DNA of 64,000 bases. Source: Desulfobacterales bacterium (GTDB taxonomy: Bacteria > Desulfobacterota > Desulfobacteria > Desulfobacterales > UBA2174). The position numbers and the translations under genes were made by a program. Of this stretch, positions 39,766 to 49,292 are shown one piece after another. The stretch covers positions 512,001-576,000 of the forward strand of contig CAXXWC010000001.1 in assembly GCA_963668645.2 (NCBI GenBank), written 5' to 3'. The notes beneath the pieces are model-generated. The model made no database searches. It was not told the DNA's origin and saw nothing but the letters and a program-made list of their open reading frames with translations. Each line of letters opens with the position of its first letter. The stretch's first letter is position 1.

Positions 39766-41670
39766 TCAAGCAAACCGGTCGGGCGGCTCTTGCCAGGGCT
39801 GATAATCGTCCACGATCTGGTGCAACCGGACCTTGATCGCACCGGCGTCCTGGGCCTCGGCCAGGCGAGTCAGATCGGCAACGGCCTGGTCCAGAAGCTG
39901 CGGGTCGAATGCTCGGGGCTTGAGCACCAGGATCTTCTCGTGGCCGGTGGGCAAGATCCCCTCGCCTTCGGTGATCAGTTCCTCGAAAAGCTTCTCCCCC
40001 GGCCGCAGCCCGGTGTATTCGATGCGGATATCGATGTCCGGCTCGAAGCCGTAGAGCCGGATCAGGTCCCGGGCCATGTCGTCGATGCGTACCGGTGTTC
40101 CCATGTCGAGCAGGTAGATCTGGGCACCTTGGCCGTTGGCCAGGGCGCCGGCCTGTAAGATAAGCTGGCAGGCCTCGGGAATGGTCATAAAGTAGCGCGT
40201 CACCTGCGGATGGGTTACGGTTACCGGGCCGCCATGTTCGATCTGGCGCCGAAAGCGCGGCACCACGCTGCCCACCGAGTTGACCACGTTGCCGAAGCGC
40301 ACCGTCATGAAACGGGTGGACCGTTCCTCGCCACTGACACTGCTCTGGACGATCATTTCGGCCAGACGCTTGGAGGCCCCCATGACATTGGTCGAGCGCA
40401 CGGCCTTGTCCGTGGAGACAAAAACGAAACGCTCGATCCGCAAGGCCACGGCGGCCTCCACCAGGGTACGGGTGCCGAGCACGTTGTTCAATATCGCCTT
40501 CCAGGGCTGCAATTCGAGCATCGGCACGTGCTTGTAGGCCGCCGCATGAAAGACCACTTCAGGGCGGTGGCAACCGAGGGCCCGTGAAACTTCAGCCCGG
40601 TCCTGTATATCGGCCAGCACCGGAACGACCTCGACGGTATTGAAATTTTCCCGCAGCTCCAGTTCGATTTCATACAGCGGGCTTTCGGCCCGTTCGTAAA
40701 GCACCAGCCGCCGCGGTCCGAAACGGCAGATCTGACGGCACAGCTCCGAGCCGATCGAACCGCCCGCACCGGTCACCAGCACGCATTTACCCGCCAGATA
40801 AGCACCGATGCGCTCGGCATCCAGGTGCACCACCTCACGTCCCAACAGGTCACGGTAGGAAACTTCGCGCACCGCGGCAAAACTCACCCGGCCATCGATC
40901 AGTTCACCCATCCCCGGCACGGTGCGGAACTTGAGACCGGTTGCCTTGCAGTTTTCCACAATGCGGCGCATCTGGCCGGCGCTGGCCGAAGGGATGGCGA
41001 TCAAAATTTCGTCGGCCCTGGCGCCCAGGGCAATCTGCCGGATCTCGGTCACCTTGCCGAGGACCGGAACGCCGTGGATCTTCTTGCCGATCTTGTCCGC
41101 CCGATCGTCCAGAAAGCCGACCACCGCATAGGGCAGCTGAGGATTGTCATGGACTTCACGAAAGATCTTCTCGCCGCAATCGCCGGCCCCCACGATCAAC
41201 AACCGGCGCTGCTCGCCGCGCCCGCGGCGCCAAATCGCCGGGACCAGCCTCCGCCAGGCGCTGCGGAAGTCGAACTCGGCACCAAACTCGAAACAAAGCC
41301 GGATCGCCAGGCGCAGACCTCCGACCAAAAGAACCGTAAAGCAGCCATCGATGAGAAAAACCGAACGCGAATGGCCCGCCAGACGCTCCAGAAAGGCGAT
41401 GGCAGCGACAAAGAGCAGCGAACTGACCGCAGCCGCCTTGATCACGTTGACCAGATCGGTCAACCCGATGTAACGCCACATGCCGCGATAAAGATCGAAA
41501 AAATAAAAGACCGCGAGCTTGATGGCCAGGGCCCAGGGCAGGCTGCGCCAGAAAAGGGCCATGAATTCGGGCGGCACGGCAAAATCGAAGCGCACCAGGT
41601 AGGCCCCGTAAAGAGACAGGACCATCAGGAGCAGATCGGCGCCGACGATGAAAATTAGTTTGGGATTCAA
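39766..41670 (-). CDS. Membrane UDP-GlcNAc 4,6-dehydratase (CapD/PglF/WbpM family)
   Basis: N-terminal TM helices, VTGAGGSIGSELCRQ, HAAAYKHVP, STDKAV, VRFGNV, GLRPGEKL. Confidence 0.93.
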   Translation of the reverse strand: MNPKLIFIVGADLLLMVLSLYGAYLVRFDFAVPPEFMALFWRSLPWALAIKLAVFYFFDLYRGMWRYIGLTDLVNVIKAAAVSSLLFVAAIAFLERLAGHSRSVFLIDGCFTVLLVGGLRLAIRLCFEFGAEFDFRSAWRRLVPAIWRRGRGEQRRLLIVGAGDCGEKIFREVHDNPQLPYAVVGFLDDRADKIGKKIHGVPVLGKVTEIRQIALGARADEILIAIPSASAGQMRRIVENCKATGLKFRTVPGMGELIDGRVSFAAVREVSYRDLLGREVVHLDAERIGAYLAGKCVLVTGAGGSIGSELCRQICRFGPRRLVLYERAESPLYEIELELRENFNTVEVVPVLADIQDRAEVSRALGCHRPEVVFHAAAYKHVPMLELQPWKAILNNVLGTRTLVEAAVALRIERFVFVSTDKAVRSTNVMGASKRLAEMIVQSSVSGEERSTRFMTVRFGNVVNSVGSVVPRFRRQIEHGGPVTVTHPQVTRYFMTIPEACQLILQAGALANGQGAQIYLLDMGTPVRIDDMARDLIRLYGFEPDIDIRIEYTGLRPGEKLFEELITEGEGILPTGHEKILVLKPRAFDPQLLDQAVADLTRLAEAQDAGAIKVRLHQIVDDYQPWQEPPDRFA

Positions 41671-41679
41671 TCTATCCGT

Positions 41680-42672
41680 CTATCTTTCGCGTCTCTGGGG
41701 CGTCTGATGGACATGGCGGCGAACCCGCACCGTCAGCCACAGAAAGCCGATGGATGGAACGGCCACAAGGACCGGTAGTGCCGCCGGCCGGAATTTCAAC
41801 GCAACCAGCAGGCAAAGGCCGACGATCAGTTGGCCCAAGGCGTAACCCAGCGATATCCGCCAGTGGGCGATGCCCATTTCATTGGCCAGCAGCTGATAAA
41901 GATGGCGCCGATGGGGTCGAGTCAGGGACTCGCCGTCTCGCAGGCGCAGAACCATGGTGGTCAGTTCGTCGAGGTAAAAGGGGAGCAGAAAAGCGGCATG
42001 GACGATAAATTGAAGGATGCTGCGGGCGCCGAATAGAGCCAAGGCTGCGAAAAGAAAGCCGAGCAGCAGGCTGCCCGTATCACCCATAAAGACACGGGCG
42101 GCCGGCAGATTGAACGGCAGAAACCCAAGGCAGGCCGCTGCGCTGCCGAGGGCCAGGTGGACAAGGTGTAGATCCCCGCCACTTGATCCGATGCTCCATG
42201 CCAGCATCCCGAAGCCCACCGCCCCAGTCAAACCCGCGATCCCGTTGATGCCGTCCATGAAGTTGAAGAAATTGGCCGTACCTACCATAAAGACCGCCGC
42301 CGACACCGCCCAAATCAAACATCCGGCGCCTGAACAGGGAAGCCCCGGGGACAGCAGGAGAATGCCGGCCAAGATGAACCCCGTCAGGAGACGCAGACCG
42401 GGCCGCACATCGAAACGGTCGGCTGCCAATCCCAGCAGCGAAATGCCCAGGGTCGGGGCCCAAAACAAAAACGGCGCCCCAGACAGGATGGCGCACCCCC
42501 CCACCCCGGCCGCAATGCCGATCCCGCCCCCCTTGGGGGTGGCCCTTTGATGGGAACTGCGCGCCGTGGGCGAGTCGATGAGCCCCATGGCATGCCCCCA
42601 ACGGGCCACGGCCCAGGCGCCGAACAAGCCACACCCGAGACCTGAGACCATCATGATCCATACCGATGTCAC
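41680..42672 (-). CDS. MraY/WecA/WbpL-family undecaprenyl-phosphate sugar-1-phosphate transferase
   Basis: RSSHQRATPKGGG, NFFNFMDGINGI, VFMGDTGS, HRRHLYQ. Confidence 0.92.
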   Translation of the reverse strand: MTSVWIMMVSGLGCGLFGAWAVARWGHAMGLIDSPTARSSHQRATPKGGGIGIAAGVGGCAILSGAPFLFWAPTLGISLLGLAADRFDVRPGLRLLTGFILAGILLLSPGLPCSGAGCLIWAVSAAVFMVGTANFFNFMDGINGIAGLTGAVGFGMLAWSIGSSGGDLHLVHLALGSAAACLGFLPFNLPAARVFMGDTGSLLLGFLFAALALFGARSILQFIVHAAFLLPFYLDELTTMVLRLRDGESLTRPHRRHLYQLLANEMGIAHWRISLGYALGQLIVGLCLLVALKFRPAALPVLVAVPSIGFLWLTVRVRRHVHQTPQRRER

Positions 42673-42819
42673 GCCAAATCTCGCGCCTTCTCGTAGCGGA
42701 TGGATTCCACCACAGAAACCCCTTGCCGGGACCGCCTCGCACTCAAAACGCTCATCATGAAATCAATTTCCGGATCGGCACGATTTGGATGGCATTGTCG
42801 AGAACAGTGCTGTCGTCCC

Positions 42820-43060
42820 AGGCTAAAATGGTACCCGAACCGATATCCCTATGGCCACAAAATTTGGTTGGATTTTACCCCAGGCGGCGTTGTTGAGGCA
42901 ATCTCTGACATCCTGACATCCGGTAGGGCAAATCCACCATTTTGGTCGATGCTTTTAATCCCGGCAGAATACGATCGGCATCCGTGGATGCGGTGTAAAC
43001 GTTCCTGCTAGCGAGGGGCGATCCTATGAAACCGTTTGTACCGGAGACCCGTATCTTCAT
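42820..43060 (-). pseudogene. Degraded NAD-dependent epimerase/dehydratase N-terminus
   Basis: MKIRVSGTNGFIGSPL (GxxGxxG Rossmann start) coupled to the GT2 stop; stops after 61 aa; frame-shifted PPGVKS / FVAIG / DIGSGT fragments follow. Confidence 0.55.
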
Positions 43061-43800
43061 CCTATCTCTTTCGGCAACCGTCTCCAGTATCTAATGAAAT
43101 AGCGAAACATACTTGTTGCATGCCAAAGCATATGACGTGGATTTCTATGACTAGCTCTGCGGGCGTCATGCACGATCTTGACAGATGGGCATAGCAGAAT
43201 CGTTTGGCCAGACTTCCACATACGCGCGCATAAGTCAACATCCTCATAATATAAAAAGTAATCTTCATCAAAACCGTTCAGATTGGCAAAGCCATCACTT
43301 TTCAATAGCATGAACATACCCGCGACCCATGGGACAGCTATGCACTTAGCACCGGCATTATGGGTTAGTCGCCCATCATCATGTTTTAAAATCTTCAGGA
43401 GGAGACCTCGAAATGTAGGAAAACTTCGAACGCTATCCTCTAGCAAGCCTTGTGAATTTACCACGGAGGGTGCTGTCAACCCAGCCCCTGTCTCTTCATG
43501 GCACCTTATTAGCTCCGGGAACACATTGCCACAAAATCGTATGTCTGGGTTAATTACTGCAAAATAAGGCGTTTTGGCATACAGGAAAAAAGCATTATTA
43601 TGATTCGCTCCGAATCCTTTGACATGCTTGTTTTTCAGAATCACAAGACGATCAAGTCGATCAATACCATAGTCTGGCTCTGGAATATTTTGGGTTATTA
43701 CAATCTTCTCAACCTCTTGAAGTTCATAAAGCTCTTTAATTAAATTCGGCAACAAAAATCCATGACCATGGCTAACAACTGATACAGTGACTGTCCCCAT
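43057..43800 (-). CDS. Glycosyltransferase family 2 (WbbL/rhamnosyltransferase-like)
   Basis: SVVSHGH, GFGANHN, INPDI, WVAGMFM, GFDEDYFLYYEDVDLC; AT-rich. Confidence 0.9.
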   Translation of the reverse strand: MGTVTVSVVSHGHGFLLPNLIKELYELQEVEKIVITQNIPEPDYGIDRLDRLVILKNKHVKGFGANHNNAFFLYAKTPYFAVINPDIRFCGNVFPELIRCHEETGAGLTAPSVVNSQGLLEDSVRSFPTFRGLLLKILKHDDGRLTHNAGAKCIAVPWVAGMFMLLKSDGFANLNGFDEDYFLYYEDVDLCARMWKSGQTILLCPSVKIVHDARRASHRNPRHMLWHATSMFRYFIRYWRRLPKEIG

Positions 43801-43861
43801 ATTTTCTTCTTTCGGTGCTAACGAGAACGGACCCACCTTTGCCAATCAAAAATGATGCGTT

Positions 43862-44227
<366 letters not shown>

Positions 44228-44428
44228 TATCCCACAGCTTCAGTTGTTCCGTAGGGGAAATGGCATTTTTCGGACTTTTTACGAGCTTGTCAAAAATACC
44301 CCACCAGCAGTCGCGTGAATAAACCTTCAAATCGTAAGCCGTCTCCATCCGAGGTCAGAGCCGGTCGAATTTACCTATAGCCGCTATACTGGAACGTCCT
44401 GATTGAAGCCCTTAATAGGAAGGTCCCA

Positions 44429-44548
44429 GTGAGCTGCCGCCACAAGTGGTGTGGCCGCCGATTCCGGCGCCGTCCCCAAAATCCGGATCAACAATACTGC
44501 CATCGCAAGCCCTGTCAGCGTTGGCAATTGTGGGCCCGTTTTGATTAG
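44429..44548 (+). pseudogene. Short Cys-rich ORF, probably a truncated zinc-finger hypothetical
   Basis: GTG after AGGAAGG; translation MSCRHKWCGRRFRRRPQNPDQQYCHRKPCQRWQLWARFD*. Confidence 0.4.
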
Positions 44549-44560
44549 TGCCGGAGTCTC

Positions 44561-45148
44561 TCAAGGACGTAAAAAAAGACCGTACAAGCAATACTGTGAC
44601 AACCTCTCAGCCAACCATCTGCTTCTCACCGGCATATGGAAGGAATCTATCTTCTTGAACGATGCCTTGGCAGCGACAGCAACCAATTCAGCCTCGTCAT
44701 AGAAAACCTTGTGATCCGGATCACATGCGAACCCCTTTTTCCCAGGCACGCCCACAAGAAATCTTCCTCCATGCACGATAACACGATGAATCTCATTGAG
44801 CAGGGGATCTGAATCGGATAAATGTTCCAAGACGTTGTCCAGCATCACACTCTCAAAACTCGCATTATCAAAAGGCAATCGATTCGGTTCCATAATTCGT
44901 GCGTTCAAACCATTATATCGGCACCAGGCCACCGTATGAGGATTGATATCCACACCGACCGTTCCGGTTCGAAAAGACAGAAAGTCGCCGATCCCACATC
45001 CCACATCCAGTACTCTCCCAGGCAAGTGTCTTGTGAGTCGTGGGTAAAGCCAGTACTTACGGTAGAGTTGTCCGGAAAATCGCCTACGCCGCAAATAGTT
45101 GAAGTACTCCTCCTGACCGGATAACTGAAATGACCTACCATCATTCAT
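44561..45148 (-). CDS. Class I SAM-dependent methyltransferase (Methyltransf_11-like)
   Basis: VLDVGCGIG, GVDIN, LPFDNASF, NVLEHL. Confidence 0.88.
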   Translation of the reverse strand: MNDGRSFQLSGQEEYFNYLRRRRFSGQLYRKYWLYPRLTRHLPGRVLDVGCGIGDFLSFRTGTVGVDINPHTVAWCRYNGLNARIMEPNRLPFDNASFESVMLDNVLEHLSDSDPLLNEIHRVIVHGGRFLVGVPGKKGFACDPDHKVFYDEAELVAVAAKASFKKIDSFHMPVRSRWLAERLSQYCLYGLFLRP

Positions 45149-45180
45149 ACGGATACGATCATTCCTTGTATGAAGGAAAT

Positions 45181-46440
45181 TTAAAAAACCCACTCTTTTT
45201 CGAGCACGAAAATCTGCACCGCGAAAATTGCCATATAGTATGTGCTTGTTGCTACCGCCAATCCTGCCACACCCCAAAAATAAAAAGCGACCACCTTTGC
45301 TGGAATATAAACCGTATAGGCGGTCATGTAGATTCGCGTAGGGGTGACTGTGTTGCCGGCAGCATAAAACGATGAACTGGAGATTTGCCCCATTGCACCA
45401 CCGGCAAACAAGCCCCCAAGCCAAATCATGATCCACCAAAGTTGCGTCACGTCTCCGGCGTTTATGTTCCAATGACCGACCAATAGATTGAGCAAGATTC
45501 GGCCGAAAAGTGCAAAGATAAAAAGACTCCCAAAACTGATCGCCCCCATCTTCAACAAACTTTGGCGATAGGTGCGTCGGAAATTCCCTCTGTTCCTTTG
45601 TTTACAGAGCATGCTCAGTGAAGGCACCAAAGGCACCGTGATGGCCTTGTTGAGTACTTGGCAACCTGCCACGTATATCTGGTACGCCAAGTAATACAAC
45701 GACAAACTACCTCTGCCGACCATAGACAGCAAAAAACGATCCACCAAAGGGTCTGTCTTATAATACACCGTCCCCAATAACAGCGGTTTTATGCGTTGCC
45801 AAGCGTATCGGCTGACTTCGCTTTTAATGTTGGGGTGAAACGGGCGCTTGAGCATGCCCGGAGCTAGCAGCAAAGTTTCTATCCCGATTCGCACGACTGC
45901 AACCCACGCGGCCGCCATCACCCCGAAGCGAGGTAGAGACCATATCAACAAAACCAAGGCTACGACACCGGCCAGAACCGGTGCCAATTCTGCCCACAGA
46001 AATCTCTGGCGAGCCCGGTATGCGGCCCATTGCACTCCGTTGATGCCAACTAACACCATGCCCATACACTGAATCCGTGTGAGATCCACCGTCAAAGACA
46101 CGCCAGCATCGTCAAAACCCGGAACGGTAAGCGGCACCCACCACGGCGCACCGATATATAGCAAAATGAACAGAGCCCCAAAAAATCCAGCTACCAGAAG
46201 AAGCAATCCCCACGCATCATTGATAAGTTGGCTTTCCTTTTCTCCTGCCAGAATCGGAACCAGCACGTTTATTAGCGATTCGTTGATGACTGCGAGCACA
46301 AGCTGGGGCACTGTCATGCCGGCAAACAGTGCATCGGTTTCCATACCCGGCCCTATCCGTGTCACCACATACCATAAAAACAGCATGGTGATGCAGATAT
46401 TGGTCGCCGAAAGGGCGCCGAGCTGGAGGGTTTGCTTCAT
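45181..46440 (-). CDS. MurJ/MviN-like MOP flippase of the glycan locus
   Basis: Multi-TM; GPGMETDALFAGMTVPQL, LVDRFLLS, FYAAGNTVTP, GLAVATS. Confidence 0.85.
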   Translation of the reverse strand: MKQTLQLGALSATNICITMLFLWYVVTRIGPGMETDALFAGMTVPQLVLAVINESLINVLVPILAGEKESQLINDAWGLLLLVAGFFGALFILLYIGAPWWVPLTVPGFDDAGVSLTVDLTRIQCMGMVLVGINGVQWAAYRARQRFLWAELAPVLAGVVALVLLIWSLPRFGVMAAAWVAVVRIGIETLLLAPGMLKRPFHPNIKSEVSRYAWQRIKPLLLGTVYYKTDPLVDRFLLSMVGRGSLSLYYLAYQIYVAGCQVLNKAITVPLVPSLSMLCKQRNRGNFRRTYRQSLLKMGAISFGSLFIFALFGRILLNLLVGHWNINAGDVTQLWWIMIWLGGLFAGGAMGQISSSSFYAAGNTVTPTRIYMTAYTVYIPAKVVAFYFWGVAGLAVATSTYYMAIFAVQIFVLEKEWVF

Positions 46441-46548
46441 CCGCGAAATCCCTCCGCCGTCCAGATCAATCCTGGCAACCCGAAGACAGAAATCGTGCCG
46501 GATATGGACGGCGGCCTTTTTGCCGCAGGGTTCAAGACCGTCATCGAA

Positions 46549-47634
46549 TCAGCGCATGGCGGCGACGACGGCTTCCTGTTGCGCCGGGGTCACGTAGGGC
46601 GACATGGGCAGGCTCAGGCACCAGGCGGCGATTTGTTCGGAGACCGGAAAGTCTCCGGCCTTGTACCCGAGATCGGCAAAGGCCCCCTGGAGGTGCAAGG
46701 GGTTGGTGTAGTACGCCACCGAGGGGATGTCGGCGGCCTTGAGTTTTTGGCTTAAGATGTCGCGGTCAGCCGCCAGGATGGTGTACTGGGCGTAAACGGA
46801 CGTGTTGCCGTCGACGACGACCGGCGGGCGGATGCCAGGGATGCTCGCCAACAGGGCATCGTAGCGGCGGCCCACTTCGGTGCGCAACGTGCACTCTTCT
46901 TCAAAGAGGGTGAGTTTTTCCAGTAAGACGGCGGCCTGAAGGGTGTCCAGGCGGCCATTGATCCCCACCAGCGGATGCTGGTGCTTGACTTTTTGCCCGT
47001 GGTTGCGAATCTGGCACAGCTTTTCGGCCATACCGTCATCGCCGGTAAAGACGGCCCCGCCGTCGCCGTAACAGCCCAGGGGTTTGGACGGGAAAAAGGA
47101 GGTGCAGCCGATCAGCGACATGCCGCAGGCCTTTTTGCCCTGATGGATTGCGCCGAAGCACTGGGCTGCGTCCTCGATGACCGGGATCTCGTGCCTGGCG
47201 GCAATGGCGTTGATGCGCGTCATGTCCGCACACTGGCCGTAGATCCCCACCGGCATGATGGCCCGGGTAGCCGGCGTGATGGCCGCTTCCAGCTTGTCCG
47301 GATCCATGTTGAAAGTGTCGGGCTGGATATCGACAAAGACAGGTTTGGCCCTGAGCAGGGCGATCACCTCGGCCGTCGAGATCCAGGTGTAGGGGACGGT
47401 GATCACCTCGTCACCCGGACCGATGTCCAGCGCCATGAGCGCCATGAGCAGGGCGTCGGTGCCCGAGGCGCAACTGACGCAGTGCTTGATGCCGACATAG
47501 GCGGCCAGCCGGGTTTCCAGATCTTGAATCTCCGGGCCCATGATGTACTGGCCATGGTCCAGGACGCGGGCGATGGCGGCCTCGATCCTGGACCGGATGC
47601 GGGATTGTTGACTTTTGAGGTCTATGAATTGCAT
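46549..47634 (-). CDS. DegT/DnrJ sugar aminotransferase (WbpE-like)
   Basis: MQFIDL, SGTDAL, IEDAAQ, SFFPSKPLGCYGDGG, NGRLDTLQAA. Confidence 0.93.
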   Translation of the reverse strand: MQFIDLKSQQSRIRSRIEAAIARVLDHGQYIMGPEIQDLETRLAAYVGIKHCVSCASGTDALLMALMALDIGPGDEVITVPYTWISTAEVIALLRAKPVFVDIQPDTFNMDPDKLEAAITPATRAIMPVGIYGQCADMTRINAIAARHEIPVIEDAAQCFGAIHQGKKACGMSLIGCTSFFPSKPLGCYGDGGAVFTGDDGMAEKLCQIRNHGQKVKHQHPLVGINGRLDTLQAAVLLEKLTLFEEECTLRTEVGRRYDALLASIPGIRPPVVVDGNTSVYAQYTILAADRDILSQKLKAADIPSVAYYTNPLHLQGAFADLGYKAGDFPVSEQIAAWCLSLPMSPYVTPAQQEAVVAAMR

Positions 47635-47775
47635 AAGCAAACTCCGGGGTCTGGGGATGGCGTTTCGTGTTTCAGGTGTCGAAGCGGCTTTGGTGAAACC
47701 TTTGGTCCCGGCTTACACCGCAATGCCGCGTCGCGGTATAGCTCCGCCTGGCGGCTTCGCTCTTTTTTTGAAGCC

Positions 47776-47788
47776 CAACTACTTGATA
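47776..47788 (-). promoter_or_regulatory. Putative IHF site upstream of the glycan operon
   Basis: TATCAAGTAGTTG fits WATCAANNNNTTR, with an AT-rich flank. Confidence 0.45.
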
Positions 47789-47905
47789 TTTAAATATTTT
47801 AATAACAATCGCTCCTTTTTTGTTCGAGCATTGAACCCTATCGGGGGGCTCCGGTCAAGGGAAATGTCGTGCGGGTCCAGGCCGCGCGGTGCTGCACGGC
47901 GGAAC

Positions 47906-49291
47906 TCATCGATCCAAGGCGTAGTTGCGGGTTCCCATGGCATAGTATAGATCCGCCAGGGCCAGACGATAGTCGTGAATCGCCATGTTGCGATTGGCCT
48001 CGGCGCGCGTCAGCCGATCCTGGGCGTTGAGCAGGGCTTGGATGGTGCCCACCCGACTTTCCAGCCTTGTCTTTTCCATGCGGAAGCCTTCATTGGCGGT
48101 ATTCAGGCTGTAAGCGGTGGCTTCCACCCGGCCGCGGGCCTCTTGAAGCCGCAAAAAAGCGCTGTTGACTTCCGTGCGGATGTTGGCACGGGTATCCTCA
48201 TAGAGCCGCTTGAGGCGCTGGATCTCGTTTTCCATGCTCTGGCGCCGGTAGTAGTACTCGCCACCGTTGAAAAAGTTCCATTCCACGCTGAGACCCGCGG
48301 ACCAGTATTCATTTTCCGTATCCCGATCGTAACTACCAGTGAACATACTGGTTCCGGGTTCCTTGTAGTCGCGGTCATAATCGGAGGTCACGACCTGCAA
48401 GGTCACCCGCGGCAGGATTTGCCCTGTTGCGATCTGCTTGTCCTTCTGCGTGATTTGAATATTGGTCTCGATCTGCTTAAGATCGGTTCGCAATTCCAAG
48501 GCGGCCTGTTGGCAATCGGCCAAATCGAAATCGCGGCTCAGATCGATGTCGGCCAATGTCCCGACATAGACGACCGTCGTTGCCGCATCGATGCCCAGAA
48601 TGTTGTCGAGACCGATCTGATGAACGGCCTCGCTATTCTTCACTTGGCTCAGTTTCTGGAGTGCATTTTCAAGATCGACCTGGGCCTGCAAGACTTCCAC
48701 ATAAGGGGCCATCTGCTGGGCCACGAAGGCACCCGCGGCATCGCGGCTGACCTTGAGCCGCTCGACAGTCTGCTCCAGGCTGCGCCGGTCCTCGCGAGCT
48801 TTGAGCAACTGCAGATATTCTTCCTGAACGCGCCGGATCAGCCGCCTCTCCTCGCCTTCTTTTTCCAGGAGCGTTCCATTTTCCTGGATCTGAGCCCGGC
48901 GGTAGCTGTTGAGGATTGTTTTGCCCGCATAGAGTGTCTGCTGCAGACTGACACGCCAGCTTTCCTGGATCTGATTATTGTAATCATCGTCCGAAGGGCC
49001 GTTGGTATAGAGGCTCTCAAGTCGAGTCTGGCTGTAACCAGCCGAAAGATGGGGCAAAAAGCGCCCCCTGACCGATTTGGTATCCGAGCGGCTCCGCTCG
49101 ACGGCAAACTCCATGGCCTGGATTTTGGGATTGTTCTTCAGGCCCAGTTCGACTGCGCTTTGCAGATTCAATTCCAAATATTGGGGCCTGTCGACGGCTT
49201 CTTCGGCACCCGCCGCCAATCCGGGCAGCCAAAGCAAGATCGCGGAAATCATCGCCACCGCCGTGGAAAGGGCCTTACGCTTTGGATTCAT
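47906..49291 (-). CDS. TolC family outer-membrane efflux protein
   Basis: Signal peptide, two OEP repeats (NNPKIQA..FLPHLS; ILPRVTL..VEWNFFNGG). Confidence 0.92.
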   Translation of the reverse strand: MNPKRKALSTAVAMISAILLWLPGLAAGAEEAVDRPQYLELNLQSAVELGLKNNPKIQAMEFAVERSRSDTKSVRGRFLPHLSAGYSQTRLESLYTNGPSDDDYNNQIQESWRVSLQQTLYAGKTILNSYRRAQIQENGTLLEKEGEERRLIRRVQEEYLQLLKAREDRRSLEQTVERLKVSRDAAGAFVAQQMAPYVEVLQAQVDLENALQKLSQVKNSEAVHQIGLDNILGIDAATTVVYVGTLADIDLSRDFDLADCQQAALELRTDLKQIETNIQITQKDKQIATGQILPRVTLQVVTSDYDRDYKEPGTSMFTGSYDRDTENEYWSAGLSVEWNFFNGGEYYYRRQSMENEIQRLKRLYEDTRANIRTEVNSAFLRLQEARGRVEATAYSLNTANEGFRMEKTRLESRVGTIQALLNAQDRLTRAEANRNMAIHDYRLALADLYYAMGTRNYALDR

Positions 49292-49292
49292 T

